Source of the DNA: Mageeibacillus sp. UBA1212 | GTDB lineage: Bacteria; Bacillota; Clostridia; UBA1212 | Direction: 5' to 3' | Assembly: GCA_002309655.1 (NCBI GenBank) | Contig: DBXM01000003.1 | Location: 21,078-85,077, forward strand | Length of the DNA: 64,000 nt | Shown here: in pieces, positions 18,966-28,573 of the stretch | How positions within the stretch are numbered: the first letter of the stretch is position 1 | Layout: every line of letters begins with the position of its first letter | Made by a program: the position numbers and the translations under genes | Notes under the pieces: model-generated | Seen by the model: only the letters and a program-made list of their open reading frames with translations | What the model was told of the DNA's origin: nothing | Databases searched by the model: none

Positions 18966-20378
18966 TTATCCTAGGCCCCAGTCCACAATCTTCCATGCGC
19001 CACTGTTATCCCGCACGTACCAGAACGTGATCGTGTTGTCGTACTCCTTCACATTGTCGTGTTCGTGGTTGTAGCCCTTGATCCAGTACTCGAACGACAC
19101 CGTCGCCCTGAAGATCTCCTCCGAGAAGAACGTGACTTCGTCGAGATTTTTATCCTCGATCCAGTAGGAATCGTGGGGCGAGAAAACGACCCAGTACGAC
19201 TCGAAGTCCTCCGACGCCTGCGACGGTTTCAGAACGTACTTGTACATGATGTCCCAGTAGCTGCCGTCGTTGTTCACGAACCTCGCGTAATTGATTGCGC
19301 GCTCGAACAGGAAGTCGCTGTCGATACCGTATTTGTTTTTGTCCGCCGGCGTGAGACCGCACTTGAACGTGTACTCGCGTGAATTATCTTCGTGCTCCGG
19401 GCTGGCCGTGTTGCCCTCGAAGTCGGTCGCGGAAACGTTCACGCTCGCGAGGTTCCTGATGCCGGAAACGTGGTACTCCTTCATGTAGATGTCGCCGTCG
19501 ATGTATTTCAGAACAGCCGACAGCTCCGCGACGCCGATATGGTCCTTCGACAGGAATTTCCCGTCTGCGGAAATTTCGCGGCCGTTCACGAAGACCTTGT
19601 AGTTCATAGGCGCGGTGACCGTGATGTCGTGAGAGGTGACCGTCCACGCCTTATAAGTGTCACTGTAGACGAGCTCCGCCTCGCTGTTGTCGTCTTTATA
19701 CACAAGTCTGACCGCCGGTTCGTTTTCGAGCGCGTCCACGTAGTAGTACGAAAATTCGCAATTACCCGTGCCGCGCGGGTCGTCTTTTTCCGGCTCGATC
19801 GAATCCTTCTGCGCCGCGACCTGCTCGGTTTCACCGGTCTTGTACGCGTCCGGAACCTCGATTCCGTTCAGGTAGAACGTGCAGGTTTCGGGAACGAGCA
19901 CGCTGATTCCGTAGTGGCCGTTCGTGTTCGGGGTGACCGAAACCATTTTGTAGGTGGCGAAGCCGTACTCGGATTTTTCCTTGGTTTTCTGAAATTCGAC
20001 CGTCGCGATCTTGGTGTTTCCCGCCGCGATTACGTAGGTCGGCTTCTCGACGCGGTCGAACGAAAACCCCTTCTTGACGGTGCAGCCGCCCGCCTCTTCT
20101 ATAAGCGCCTTCGTCTTTTCAATGAAGCTCTCGCGCTCGAAAATCATCGTGTTGGGAATATTTTCCACGTCGAAAAGCTTGTCGAAATTGCCGGCGGAAA
20201 GCGAATCCGCCAGTTCCTGCGACTCCTTGAGCGGAAGGCTCTGCGACGCGTCGTAGTCCATCATCACCTTCTCGCCGTACCTCAGCGCAATAATCGCCGC
20301 GATTCCCAGAAGCACAATCGCCACCGCGAATATTTTCCAGAACAGTGAACCTTTTTTCTTTTTGGCCATCATTTTCAC
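18966..20378 (-). CDS. Membrane-anchored protein of unknown function
   Basis: 470 aa. It has a single N-terminal hydrophobic span (FWKIFAVAIVLLGIAAIIAL) and sits in an operon-like arrangement with its neighbours. Confidence 0.55.
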   Translation of the reverse strand: MKMMAKKKKGSLFWKIFAVAIVLLGIAAIIALRYGEKVMMDYDASQSLPLKESQELADSLSAGNFDKLFDVENIPNTMIFERESFIEKTKALIEEAGGCTVKKGFSFDRVEKPTYVIAAGNTKIATVEFQKTKEKSEYGFATYKMVSVTPNTNGHYGISVLVPETCTFYLNGIEVPDAYKTGETEQVAAQKDSIEPEKDDPRGTGNCEFSYYYVDALENEPAVRLVYKDDNSEAELVYSDTYKAWTVTSHDITVTAPMNYKVFVNGREISADGKFLSKDHIGVAELSAVLKYIDGDIYMKEYHVSGIRNLASVNVSATDFEGNTASPEHEDNSREYTFKCGLTPADKNKYGIDSDFLFERAINYARFVNNDGSYWDIMYKYVLKPSQASEDFESYWVVFSPHDSYWIEDKNLDEVTFFSEEIFRATVSFEYWIKGYNHEHDNVKEYDNTITFWYVRDNSGAWKIVDWGLG

Positions 20379-20384
20379 CGTCCT

Positions 20385-21518
20385 TTAGTAGATTTTGTCG
20401 GTCTTCGTGACGATAATGCTCGTCGCGACGGTGCGCCGGCCGTTGAAGAAGAGCATGTAAGGCTGCGTGATGACTTCGCCTTTGTAGTACATGTAGGAGG
20501 ACATTCCGCCGTCCAGGTTGGCCGCGTTGACCGCGCCGTAGCGCATGAATATCTCGATGAGGTCCTCGTAGGAGGCGCCCATGCTGTGGGACTGGCGGCC
20601 GTCGATGATCAGAAGGAGGACTGAGCCGTCCGCGCGCTGGCCGATCGCCGTTCTCGGGTGGAAGCCGAGGTTGGTGCTCTTTGAGGGCACTATGCAGGGT
20701 TCGTTGTTCTTGACGAGAACCGGCCCGAAGTTGACGGCGTCGCGCATTCCGAGCTCGAGCGCCTTGCGCGCTGTCATCGTGTCGACGCGCAGAATGTTCG
20801 AGTTGTCGAACCCGATAAAATCGTAGGTGTAGTCAAGGTTGCCCCAGCGCATCTCCCCGTCGATAATGACGACTCCCGGGCCGTCGATTCCCTGCGGAAT
20901 TCCGCCCGTTCTGTAGTCGGACATCTCCTGGTAGCCGCCCGCGTTGATCGCCGCAAGCGCGTCCGTTTCGCGCGCCATCTGTTCGGTGGATTTTCCGACG
21001 ATTCCGTCGCCGTACTTGGGAAGTCCCGTCACCTTCACGCGCGAAGGATCCTTCACGACCAGCATCTTGCCGACAAACGTCTTGCCTTTGATGTCGATGA
21101 GGCAGATTCCGTCTTCGTCGTAAACGATTCCCTGCTCGCGGTCCTTTTTGTCGTTTTCGTCCTGCTTCCCCGGATCCTCGTCGCCGCCGCCGATCACGAC
21201 AAGCGTCTCGTCCGTCGTCCCCTCGGGAACGATTATCCGGTTTTTCTCAATAATCTCGTTCACTTCGTCGTCGCTCAGGAACATGTGCGCGCAAAAATCC
21301 AGCGCCCCGGTCTCGACCATCGCCGTCACGAACATCTCGCGAACGACCTCGGACTTGCCTTTCGAAATCTTGTAGATCGCCGCGACAAGCGTCACCGCGA
21401 GTATCAGCACCACCGCAATCACGCACGCAAGAACCCTCCCGAGAATGCTGAACACCTTCTTGAGGATCTCCTTCGTGTTTTTGCTGTTCTGTTCCTTTTT
21501 GCGGGTTGAAAAGTTCAT
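20385..21518 (-). CDS. Phosphodiester glycosidase family protein (NAGPA-like)
   Basis: 377 aa with an N-terminal anchor. Motifs NAGGY, RTAIGQRADGSVLLLIIDGRQ and NLDGGMSS. Confidence 0.75.
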   Translation of the reverse strand: MNFSTRKKEQNSKNTKEILKKVFSILGRVLACVIAVVLILAVTLVAAIYKISKGKSEVVREMFVTAMVETGALDFCAHMFLSDDEVNEIIEKNRIIVPEGTTDETLVVIGGGDEDPGKQDENDKKDREQGIVYDEDGICLIDIKGKTFVGKMLVVKDPSRVKVTGLPKYGDGIVGKSTEQMARETDALAAINAGGYQEMSDYRTGGIPQGIDGPGVVIIDGEMRWGNLDYTYDFIGFDNSNILRVDTMTARKALELGMRDAVNFGPVLVKNNEPCIVPSKSTNLGFHPRTAIGQRADGSVLLLIIDGRQSHSMGASYEDLIEIFMRYGAVNAANLDGGMSSYMYYKGEVITQPYMLFFNGRRTVATSIIVTKTDKIY

Positions 21519-21621
21519 TTCTGCCTCTTTCGTTAGTCTTTTCTTTTGTAATTTAAATTGGTTTGCGGCTTTTTATTTCCGGCCGCTCTTTCAGTCGTTT
21601 ATTCAGTCACCGGTTTGATTT

Positions 21622-22398
21622 TCAGTCGCCGGTTTCGTATCTCACGCACGCCACGACAGCAAGCCCCGCCGTCTCGGTGCGAAGTATTCTTTTGCCTAAA
21701 GTTACGGGAATAAAACCGTTGCTGCGGCAGATTTCCACCTCTTGCGCGGAAAAACCGCCCTCCGGCCCGATGAAAACGTAAATGCCCTTCGGCTTTTCGC
21801 GGTCACCGGTTGATTTGTTCATTTCCGGAAAATATTCCCGAAGAACCTGCTTCAGCGTCCGCTCTTCCTCGTTCTCGTAGGGAATGATCTTCAGCCAGTC
21901 CGGTTCGAGCGCTCCCATTAGGTCTCTGAAATCCGCCGGCTTCGTAATTTCCGGCACCGCACCTCTTCCCGACTGCTTCGCCGCTTCGGTCGCGATCCGC
22001 TGCCACCGTTCCCGCTTTTTTTCGCGGTCTGCGTCACCCGAGAACTTCACGACGGTGCGCTCCGTGACCGCGGGAATGATTCCCGTCACGCCGAGTTCAA
22101 CGCACTTCTGCACGAGGAAATCGGCTTTTTCGCCCTTCGGCACGCCCTGAATCAGCACCAGCGGCACAACGGGCTCCGCCGGGCACTTCTCCTTCGAGTC
22201 GATTCTGCAGACGATCTTGTCCTTCCCGACCGTCTCGACCGTGCAGCCGAAAACGTACCCCGCGGTGTTCACGAGCTCGATTTTCGTGCCCCGCGCCGCC
22301 CGCAGAACGTTCTTGAGGTGGTTGACGTCCGTGCCGGTCACCGTTACCGTGCCTGCCGCGTCGTCGATATTCTGTTCAGGAACGAAAAACCTCGACAT
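21622..22398 (-). CDS. rsmE: 16S rRNA (uracil1498-N3)-methyltransferase
   Basis: 258 aa. MSRFFVPEQNI start; QSGRG and IGPEGGFSAQE motifs. Confidence 0.9.
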   Translation of the reverse strand: MSRFFVPEQNIDDAAGTVTVTGTDVNHLKNVLRAARGTKIELVNTAGYVFGCTVETVGKDKIVCRIDSKEKCPAEPVVPLVLIQGVPKGEKADFLVQKCVELGVTGIIPAVTERTVVKFSGDADREKKRERWQRIATEAAKQSGRGAVPEITKPADFRDLMGALEPDWLKIIPYENEEERTLKQVLREYFPEMNKSTGDREKPKGIYVFIGPEGGFSAQEVEICRSNGFIPVTLGKRILRTETAGLAVVACVRYETGD

Positions 22399-22591
22399 TC
22401 CCGCCGTCTCCGCGTTATTTTTCCGCCGCCTTTGCGTTCATTTTTCAGCCGCCCGCGCTCTCACGCGTATATACGCGCGCGTTATTGAACGAGGAAGCAC
22501 AAAACACACAAAAAGATGCCCTCTGCTTCCCCGTTTTTACCCCAAATATTGTTCCCGTTCGCGCGGAGCGGTTCCGGTTTCCTTCCGGAAA

Positions 22592-23359
22592 TCAGTTTCC
22601 GCCGTTGCCCGAGAATCTCTTCACGAAGGTCTCATGCTCCTTCGCAATGTCGGCATGAACGTCGCTGACCTTCTTCTCGATCTCCTTGTACGCCGCGTCG
22701 ATCCTCTGGAGGTTCTCGATGATGATTCCGTTGAGCCTCTCCTGAACGCCGAGCTTCGCAGCGTCAGCCTCTTCGCGGGTCCTCTTGGAGTAGTCGTCCG
22801 CGTCAGCGTGAACCGTCGCGGAATAGTTGTCCGCCTCGTTCCTTGCGGTCTGCTTGATGTCCTCCGCCTGGGCTCTGGCCTGAATGGTGATCTGGTGCGC
22901 GTCAACTAGCGCCGCCGCCTGAGTTCTGCCGGCTTCGATAATTCTCTCCGCCTCGGCCTCGGCCTCCGCGATGATTCTTCTCTTCTCCTGCTCGCCATCG
23001 TTCTTTGCGGACCTCAAAGCCTCTTCGCAGCTTCTCTCGACCGCTTTCTGCTGTTCCTCGGCGTCCTTGACCATCTTGTCAACGCGGGCGTCGCTCTCCT
23101 GCTTGTGGCTTTTCGCCGCCGCGAGCAGGTTATCGGCCTGATCGACCAGCTGCTTCGCACGTTCCATAACAAGAGGCCTGTCCTCAACAAGCGACTTCAC
23201 GATTTCTTTGAACGTTCCAAAGTCTTCGATCGTACCCTTGTCTTTGTTGAGAAGTCCGCCGACCTTGGCGTTTTCAACGTATTGAAGGAGTTTTCCAAGA
23301 TTCTCGATGTAGGTGTTAAGTCTCTCTTTTTCCTCTCCGTAACGCATCGTCTCTGCCAT
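22592..23359 (-). CDS. Coiled-coil protein of unknown function (ATPase-b/DivIVA-like low complexity)
   Basis: 255 aa. Charged heptad-like sequence including IIAEAEAEAERIIEAG. No enzymatic motif was found. Confidence 0.4.
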   Translation of the reverse strand: MAETMRYGEEKERLNTYIENLGKLLQYVENAKVGGLLNKDKGTIEDFGTFKEIVKSLVEDRPLVMERAKQLVDQADNLLAAAKSHKQESDARVDKMVKDAEEQQKAVERSCEEALRSAKNDGEQEKRRIIAEAEAEAERIIEAGRTQAAALVDAHQITIQARAQAEDIKQTARNEADNYSATVHADADDYSKRTREEADAAKLGVQERLNGIIIENLQRIDAAYKEIEKKVSDVHADIAKEHETFVKRFSGNGGN

Positions 23360-23448
23360 AATTTCTTTCCCTCCGATTTTAATCTGTTAGCGGCACCTTT
23401 CCTGCCGTTCAAATACTGTTTGGTTGTATTGCATTTCCCGGTTTCCCG

Positions 23449-23517
23449 GTGGATTTTCCGGCGTTGTTTGCGGTATTTCCCGCATTTCCGGTGGATTTTC
23501 CAACTTGTGGATTTTCC
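23449..23517 (+). repeat. Cluster of three exact GTGGATTTTCC copies (dispersed repeat family)
   Basis: Exact 11-mers at 23449, 23491 and 23507. The cluster lies in the spacer between the coaD stop and the next gene's start. Confidence 0.9.
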
Positions 23518-23522
23518 GGCCG

Positions 23523-24035
23523 TCAATTCTTCGCGGCTTTGATTTCCTTCATTTTCGCGTAGATGTCGTCAACAATCTCTTCGGGAACGAGCCCGTGAAT
23601 GTTGCCGCCGTGCTGCGCGATGTCTTTAATGACGCTCGAACTCAGGAACGAGTTGTGAATGTCCGTCATGAAGAATATCGTGTCGGTTTCCTGGCTCATG
23701 TGCTTGTTGAGCATCGCCATCTGGAGCTCATACTCGTAGTCCGAAACCGCCCGCAAGCCTCTCACTATCGTGTCGGCGCCTTTTTCCTTCACGAAGTCGA
23801 CCAGCAGCCCTTCAAACATCTCCACCTTGACATTTTGCATGCCCTTGGTGCATTTCCGAATGTGCTCCACCCGTTCGTCCATCGAGAACAGGGCTTTTTT
23901 GCTGTCATTTTTCAAAACGCCGACGATCAGCAAGTCGAAAAGCTTAGACGCCCTTATTATAATATCCAAGTGCCCGTTAGTCAACGGGTCAAAACTTCCG
24001 GGATACACCCCTATCCGTTTTTTCTGCGATTTCAT
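23523..24035 (-). CDS. coaD: Pantetheine-phosphate adenylyltransferase
   Basis: 170 aa with a [14 protein letters not shown] motif. Confidence 0.95.
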   Translation of the reverse strand: MKSQKKRIGVYPGSFDPLTNGHLDIIIRASKLFDLLIVGVLKNDSKKALFSMDERVEHIRKCTKGMQNVKVEMFEGLLVDFVKEKGADTIVRGLRAVSDYEYELQMAMLNKHMSQETDTIFFMTDIHNSFLSSSVIKDIAQHGGNIHGLVPEEIVDDIYAKMKEIKAAKN

Positions 24036-24628
24036 AAGCTTTCACTCCCGTAAAATTGGTAAACCGACACGCAAACCGTTCCGTAGCGCCTTGTTTTTGT
24101 CCTGACGAACTTTCCGTATGCGTCCTCAAGAACGTCATCCGCCGAGTGTTCGCAAACGACCGTCGCCGGTTTCGGCGGGAATTCCGCCCCCGGGTCTCTC
24201 CGGCAGATTTTTTCCAGCGAAGGCGCCGTGAGCATCTTTTCAATCAGCCCCTGCCTGTACGGCGGGTCCAGCAGCACCAGTCCGACCGTCTCGCCCCGGT
24301 TCGCGAGCGTGTTTGCCGCAGCGGTAAAATCGTTGCAGAACACCTCCGCTTTTTTCGAGAACCCGACGGTGTCAAGGTTCTCCTGAACGATTTTGCAGCA
24401 CGCCGGCGACTTGTCGTTGAAGTAGCAGAAATCCGCCCCGCGGCTCAGCGCCTCAATCCCGAGGCTCCCGTTCCCGGCAAACGCGTCGAACACTTTTTCG
24501 CCCTGAATATAGGGCATAATCATGCTGAACATCGCCTCTTTGACGCGGTCAAGAGTCGGCTTCGTGTTCTCGCTGTCGAGCGTTTTCAGTTTGCGGCCGC
24601 GGGCGGTTCCCGCGATGACTCTGACCAT
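24032..24628 (-). CDS. rsmD: 16S rRNA (guanine966-N2)-methyltransferase
   Basis: [16 protein letters not shown] start; [15 protein letters not shown] and LLDPPY motifs. I chose the ATG at 24628 with GGAG upstream. The track ORF extends into a repeat array. Confidence 0.9.
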   Translation of the reverse strand: MVRVIAGTARGRKLKTLDSENTKPTLDRVKEAMFSMIMPYIQGEKVFDAFAGNGSLGIEALSRGADFCYFNDKSPACCKIVQENLDTVGFSKKAEVFCNDFTAAANTLANRGETVGLVLLDPPYRQGLIEKMLTAPSLEKICRRDPGAEFPPKPATVVCEHSADDVLEDAYGKFVRTKTRRYGTVCVSVYQFYGSESL

Positions 24629-24651
24629 AGATGATGCTCCGTTATTGTTGT

Positions 24652-24796
24652 AAATATTTTCCGGTCGTGCGGTGGATTTTCCGGAAATATTTTCCATCCA
24701 TGCGGTGGTTTCTCCGGAAATATTTTCCAATCATGCGGTGGTTTCTCCGGAAATATTTCCAACCGTGCGGTGGATTTCCCGGAAATATTTCCCGCC
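24652..24796 (+). repeat. 4.4 x 33-bp tandem array (AAATATTTTCC-N6-TGCGGTGGWTTYTCCGG)
   Basis: Units at 24652-24684, 24685-24717, 24718-24750 and 24751-24782, with a partial unit at 24783-24796. The array fills almost the whole spacer between the peptidase stop (24800) and the rsmD start (24628). Confidence 0.9.
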
Positions 24797-24799
24797 TCT

Positions 24800-25879
24800 T
24801 TAAAGAATCGTAAGTTCCTTCGACGGCGACTTCGTTACCATGTCGAGCTTGCCCTTCCTGATCGTGACAAGGTCCTCGATCCTGACGCCGCCGAGTCCCG
24901 GAATGTAGATGCCCGGTTCGACGCTGAAAATCATTCCCGGCTTGAGCACAAGCTTGCTGCTCGGCGACACCGAAACGCCTTCGTGAACGTCGATGCCGAC
25001 GCCGTGGCCGAGACTGTGACCGAAATACTCGCCGTATCCGTGTTCTTGAATGACCCTTCTGGCCAGCGCGTCAAGATCGCCGCCGGTCATTCCAGACTTG
25101 TAGCCGTCGATCGCCGTCTGCTGGGCCTCTTTGACGACCTCGTAGATCTCGCGCATTTTCGCCGAAGGCTCGCCGACGAAAACGGTTCTTGTCATATCCG
25201 AGCACATTCCGCCGCCGAACGCACCGAAATCGATCGTGACGCCGTCGCCTTTTTCAATAATTTTCGACGAAGCCGTGCCGTGCGGCATGCTGCCCCTGAC
25301 GCCCGAAGCCACAATCGTGTCGAACGACGGTTTGTCCGCACCCGCCGCCCGCATCTCGTATTCAAGCTTCGCCGCGACCTCGATTTCCGTCATTCCCGCC
25401 TTTATAAAAGGAAGAGTCCTCTCGAGCGCCGCCGACGCGAGCGCGCAAATGCTGACGACGTCCGCAATCTCCTCCTCGGTCTTGATCGTCCTCATCCCAA
25501 GGAAGAATTGGCCGAGCCCCTCGAGCTTCACGCGAAGCTTTTTGTAGTAGTTCACGTACTGCGCGTAGCCGACCGCCGCGTCCTCGAAGCCGATTTTCTC
25601 AACATTTTCCGACTTGAGAACCTTTTTCATCTCCTCAAGCGACCTCGAGTAGCACTTCACGAGCGTGAAGTCGCCGGACTGCTGCTCCGCCTGAACGTAG
25701 TAGCGCGAGTCGGTGAAAATGTACTTCGCCTTCGCGGTAATGAGCAGCACCGCATCGCCGTAGCCCGTGAACCCGCTCAGGTAGTAGACGTTCTGCCACG
25801 ATTCGACGATAATTCCGTCAAGTTCGTGCTCTCTCATGTATTTTCTGACTTTCGCCAGCTTTTTCGTGTTGTTTTTCAT
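24800..25879 (-). CDS. M24-family Xaa-Pro aminopeptidase/dipeptidase
   Basis: 359 aa with metal-ligand motifs HSLGHGVGIDVHE and EPGIYIPGLGGVRIED. Confidence 0.9.
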   Translation of the reverse strand: MKNNTKKLAKVRKYMREHELDGIIVESWQNVYYLSGFTGYGDAVLLITAKAKYIFTDSRYYVQAEQQSGDFTLVKCYSRSLEEMKKVLKSENVEKIGFEDAAVGYAQYVNYYKKLRVKLEGLGQFFLGMRTIKTEEEIADVVSICALASAALERTLPFIKAGMTEIEVAAKLEYEMRAAGADKPSFDTIVASGVRGSMPHGTASSKIIEKGDGVTIDFGAFGGGMCSDMTRTVFVGEPSAKMREIYEVVKEAQQTAIDGYKSGMTGGDLDALARRVIQEHGYGEYFGHSLGHGVGIDVHEGVSVSPSSKLVLKPGMIFSVEPGIYIPGLGGVRIEDLVTIRKGKLDMVTKSPSKELTIL

Positions 25880-26010
25880 CGTTTTTACACTTTCCGCCGT
25901 AGCGTATCTTTTCCGTGAACGCTCCGCCCCCGGTTTGCCGCGGCTGATTTTTTATTTTACAAAAATCCCTTTATTTAGTCAAGAAAAACGCCCCGCGGCA
26001 CGGCCGGGAA

Positions 26011-28488
26011 TCACTTTATTTCCTGACGTTTTCCGCTGTTTTCCTTTATTTTCCGCGATTTCCCGCGCACGGCAAAAACGATCATCTCAGCGGCAACCGC
26101 GAGCATTCCGGTCGAAAATAAAACAAGCCCCGCCGTGAACCCGGGCGTTTTGTACGTAAACACGACCGTGTTCGTCCCTTTTTCCAGCGCCACCGCCATC
26201 ATCCCGCCGGCGTCGAAAATCTCCGTTTTTTTGCCGTTGACAGACGCCGACCAGCCTTTGGAGTAAGGCACACTGAAGAACGCGACCGTTTTTTCTCCAG
26301 TCTCGATCTCCGAAACGAAGCCCTTTTCGTTCCTCGCGAACCGCTTGGAAGACTCCGCCTTCCTCGCCTCGAATGCTTCGTAAAGCGGTTTTGTTTCCGC
26401 CTTAACGTCGCCGTGCGCGAGAATGACGCCACTTTCCGCGAGTTTTTCCGCGTCTTTTTGCGCGATAACGATATTTTCCAGCATTATCGCGGGTCTTGCG
26501 GCATCGTCAGCCTCTTTTAGTTCTTCAGGCGTCACGTAGCTCCCGTACGTAAACCCGAGCGGCAGGAAGTTCTCATACTCGTAAATGTAAATTATCGTCC
26601 CGTCCGAATACTCATATTTTCCAACCGGTTCGCTTCCGTCAACGGTTGACTCGGAAAGATAATAGCGGCACGACAGCAGCGCCATCAGTTCTTTCTGAAA
26701 GCTTCCGACCGTCCTGACAAGTCTTTCCGTTCCCAGATTTTCATAGAACTCGAAAAGGCCGCCCTCCGCGGTGCTTATGAACGAATTTACCGACGGAATT
26801 CCCGTCAGCATGGAGATGTTGTCGAACGAATTCGCGAAGTACGACTCGCCCGCTTCATGCCAGTCGGTCCTGACTCTGAAATTTCCGTCCTCCGGAAAAT
26901 ACCGGGAAATATTTCCCGACTCCGTGAGAACCGCCTTCGTTTTTTCCGCGCCGATATTTCCCTCGCCGTTCACAATGCCCGGTTCGTAGAACTCGCCCTT
27001 TCCCTGCACGAAGGTGTACCTCACCGCCGCTGCCGCCGTCGACAGAACGCCAACCGCAACCGCGCCCGCAGTGAGCAGCGCAACCGCCTTCTTCGAGTTC
27101 GCTTTTTTCGCTATAATTAGGACGAAAACAGCCGCCGCAATTCCCGCTCCGCCGTAAAACGCCCAGAGAACCGGGTTCGTTTTTCCGGCGATATTATCAA
27201 TGCCTCTGATTTTGTAGTAGGCAATCGCAGCGCCCGATACCGCCACCGTGAACACGACAAACGCAAGGTTGACCTTTGCGCCGAAAATGAGGTTTTTCCG
27301 TTTTTCCGGTGGATTTTCCAATTGTGGATTTTCCGCCGGCGTTTCTTTCTCGACACGTTGTGGATTTTCCGGCAGTCCGTCAATCGCAACGCACGTCAGC
27401 ATCGCAAAAACAAGCGCCGGCATGTAAAACCACCTGGCGTAATATCTGGCATTAAACATCGAAAATGCGGCGTTCAGCACCGGCACCAGCGAGAACCCTG
27501 TCAGCACCACCGGCAGCCACGCCTTTGACTTTCTGAAATTCCCCTTGAAATAGGCAAAAACTCCAGTCATCGCTACAAGTGGCAGATACAGTGCGCACGA
27601 ATCGCACGCCTGCTGGAACAGATAATTTCCGGTTCCCATTATGTCAGCCGGCAGGAAATACGCCTGAAGCAACGTCACATACTGCTGCCACCCGAACAAA
27701 ACGTCTGTGCTGAGCGACGAGACGCGCGGGTTGTTCATGACCGACAGGAACGCCGGCAGCAACACGATTGCCGAGATCAGTATCCCGACGGTTCCTTCGC
27801 CGAGCATGACCAGAAAATGTCTGATTTTGTCTTTTTTCACAATGTTTTCCGACAGCGCAACGCGGAAAATAAACCAAATCACCAGAAAAACTACCTCTCC
27901 GAAAAACAGGTAGTAGTTCGTGATCGCGCAGAGCGCCGCCGTCAGCGCGAAGACAGCCGGTTTCTTCTCCAGCAGGAACTCGACCGCGAGCATAAGCACC
28001 GGGAACAGGCACATCGCGTCGTGGAATGGGAACAGCAGACTGACCGTCTGAATTCCCGAAAACGCGTACAAAACGCCTCCCAGAACCGCCGTTTTCCCGT
28101 CTCTCACGAACCGTTTCACAAACGCTGCCGCCGCAACCGCCGCCACAACATACTTTAAAACAAGCATCGGCGCCGCCAGGTACGGGGTCACCGCAGCCGG
28201 GAACAGCGCCAGAATCAGCGTGAACGGACTGTAAAGATTGTAAAATGCGAGCGCGTTCGACACATCAGCGCCGAGATCTACGACCCAGCTCCACCCGAAA
28301 TCCGCTGGACTCCTATAAAGTGAGACCGCATATGTGTTGAAAATCTGCTGCTGCCACGAAAAATCGTCCGCCAGCGCCAGAATCCCCCTGCCCGCAATCA
28401 CCGCCGGAAGAAGCGAAAGAATGCACGCCGCAGCCGCGATCAACGCGGTTTCAAGCAGATATTTGTTTGAAGTGTGTTTTTTAAGCAT
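26011..28488 (-). CDS. YfhO-family polytopic membrane protein (putative glycosyltransferase)
   Basis: 825 aa, with many transmembrane spans and a large C-terminal extracytoplasmic domain. The N-terminal ADDFSWQQ region resembles YfhO. Confidence 0.7.
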   Translation of the reverse strand: MLKKHTSNKYLLETALIAAAACILSLLPAVIAGRGILALADDFSWQQQIFNTYAVSLYRSPADFGWSWVVDLGADVSNALAFYNLYSPFTLILALFPAAVTPYLAAPMLVLKYVVAAVAAAAFVKRFVRDGKTAVLGGVLYAFSGIQTVSLLFPFHDAMCLFPVLMLAVEFLLEKKPAVFALTAALCAITNYYLFFGEVVFLVIWFIFRVALSENIVKKDKIRHFLVMLGEGTVGILISAIVLLPAFLSVMNNPRVSSLSTDVLFGWQQYVTLLQAYFLPADIMGTGNYLFQQACDSCALYLPLVAMTGVFAYFKGNFRKSKAWLPVVLTGFSLVPVLNAAFSMFNARYYARWFYMPALVFAMLTCVAIDGLPENPQRVEKETPAENPQLENPPEKRKNLIFGAKVNLAFVVFTVAVSGAAIAYYKIRGIDNIAGKTNPVLWAFYGGAGIAAAVFVLIIAKKANSKKAVALLTAGAVAVGVLSTAAAAVRYTFVQGKGEFYEPGIVNGEGNIGAEKTKAVLTESGNISRYFPEDGNFRVRTDWHEAGESYFANSFDNISMLTGIPSVNSFISTAEGGLFEFYENLGTERLVRTVGSFQKELMALLSCRYYLSESTVDGSEPVGKYEYSDGTIIYIYEYENFLPLGFTYGSYVTPEELKEADDAARPAIMLENIVIAQKDAEKLAESGVILAHGDVKAETKPLYEAFEARKAESSKRFARNEKGFVSEIETGEKTVAFFSVPYSKGWSASVNGKKTEIFDAGGMMAVALEKGTNTVVFTYKTPGFTAGLVLFSTGMLAVAAEMIVFAVRGKSRKIKENSGKRQEIK
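27309..27370 (+). repeat. Three exact GTGGATTTTCC copies inside the YfhO-like CDS
   Basis: Exact 11-mers at 27309, 27324 and 27360. Read on the coding strand they encode PENPQRVEKETPAENPQLENPPEK. Confidence 0.9.
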
Positions 28489-28573
28489 ACTTTTCTCCGG
28501 CCTTGCGGGGTAGTTATGAGTTTAATCGGGTAAGTTGCAAGCTGAAGTTTTGATGTGGAACCGCCACGTTCGC

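Noticed and set aside
22592-23359. DivIVA or ATP synthase subunit b assignment for the coiled-coil protein
   Set aside because: Only compositional similarity was found (an AEAEAEAERII-type coiled coil). The diagnostic N-terminal DivIVA motif or a membrane anchor is absent, so I left it as a generic coiled-coil protein.
24652-24796. Possible CRISPR array (regular 33-bp tandem units; also the 56-bp repeats at 28590-28692)
   Set aside because: The units are contiguous with no unique spacers. The period is too short, no cas genes are in the window, and the repeat core also occurs inside a CDS.
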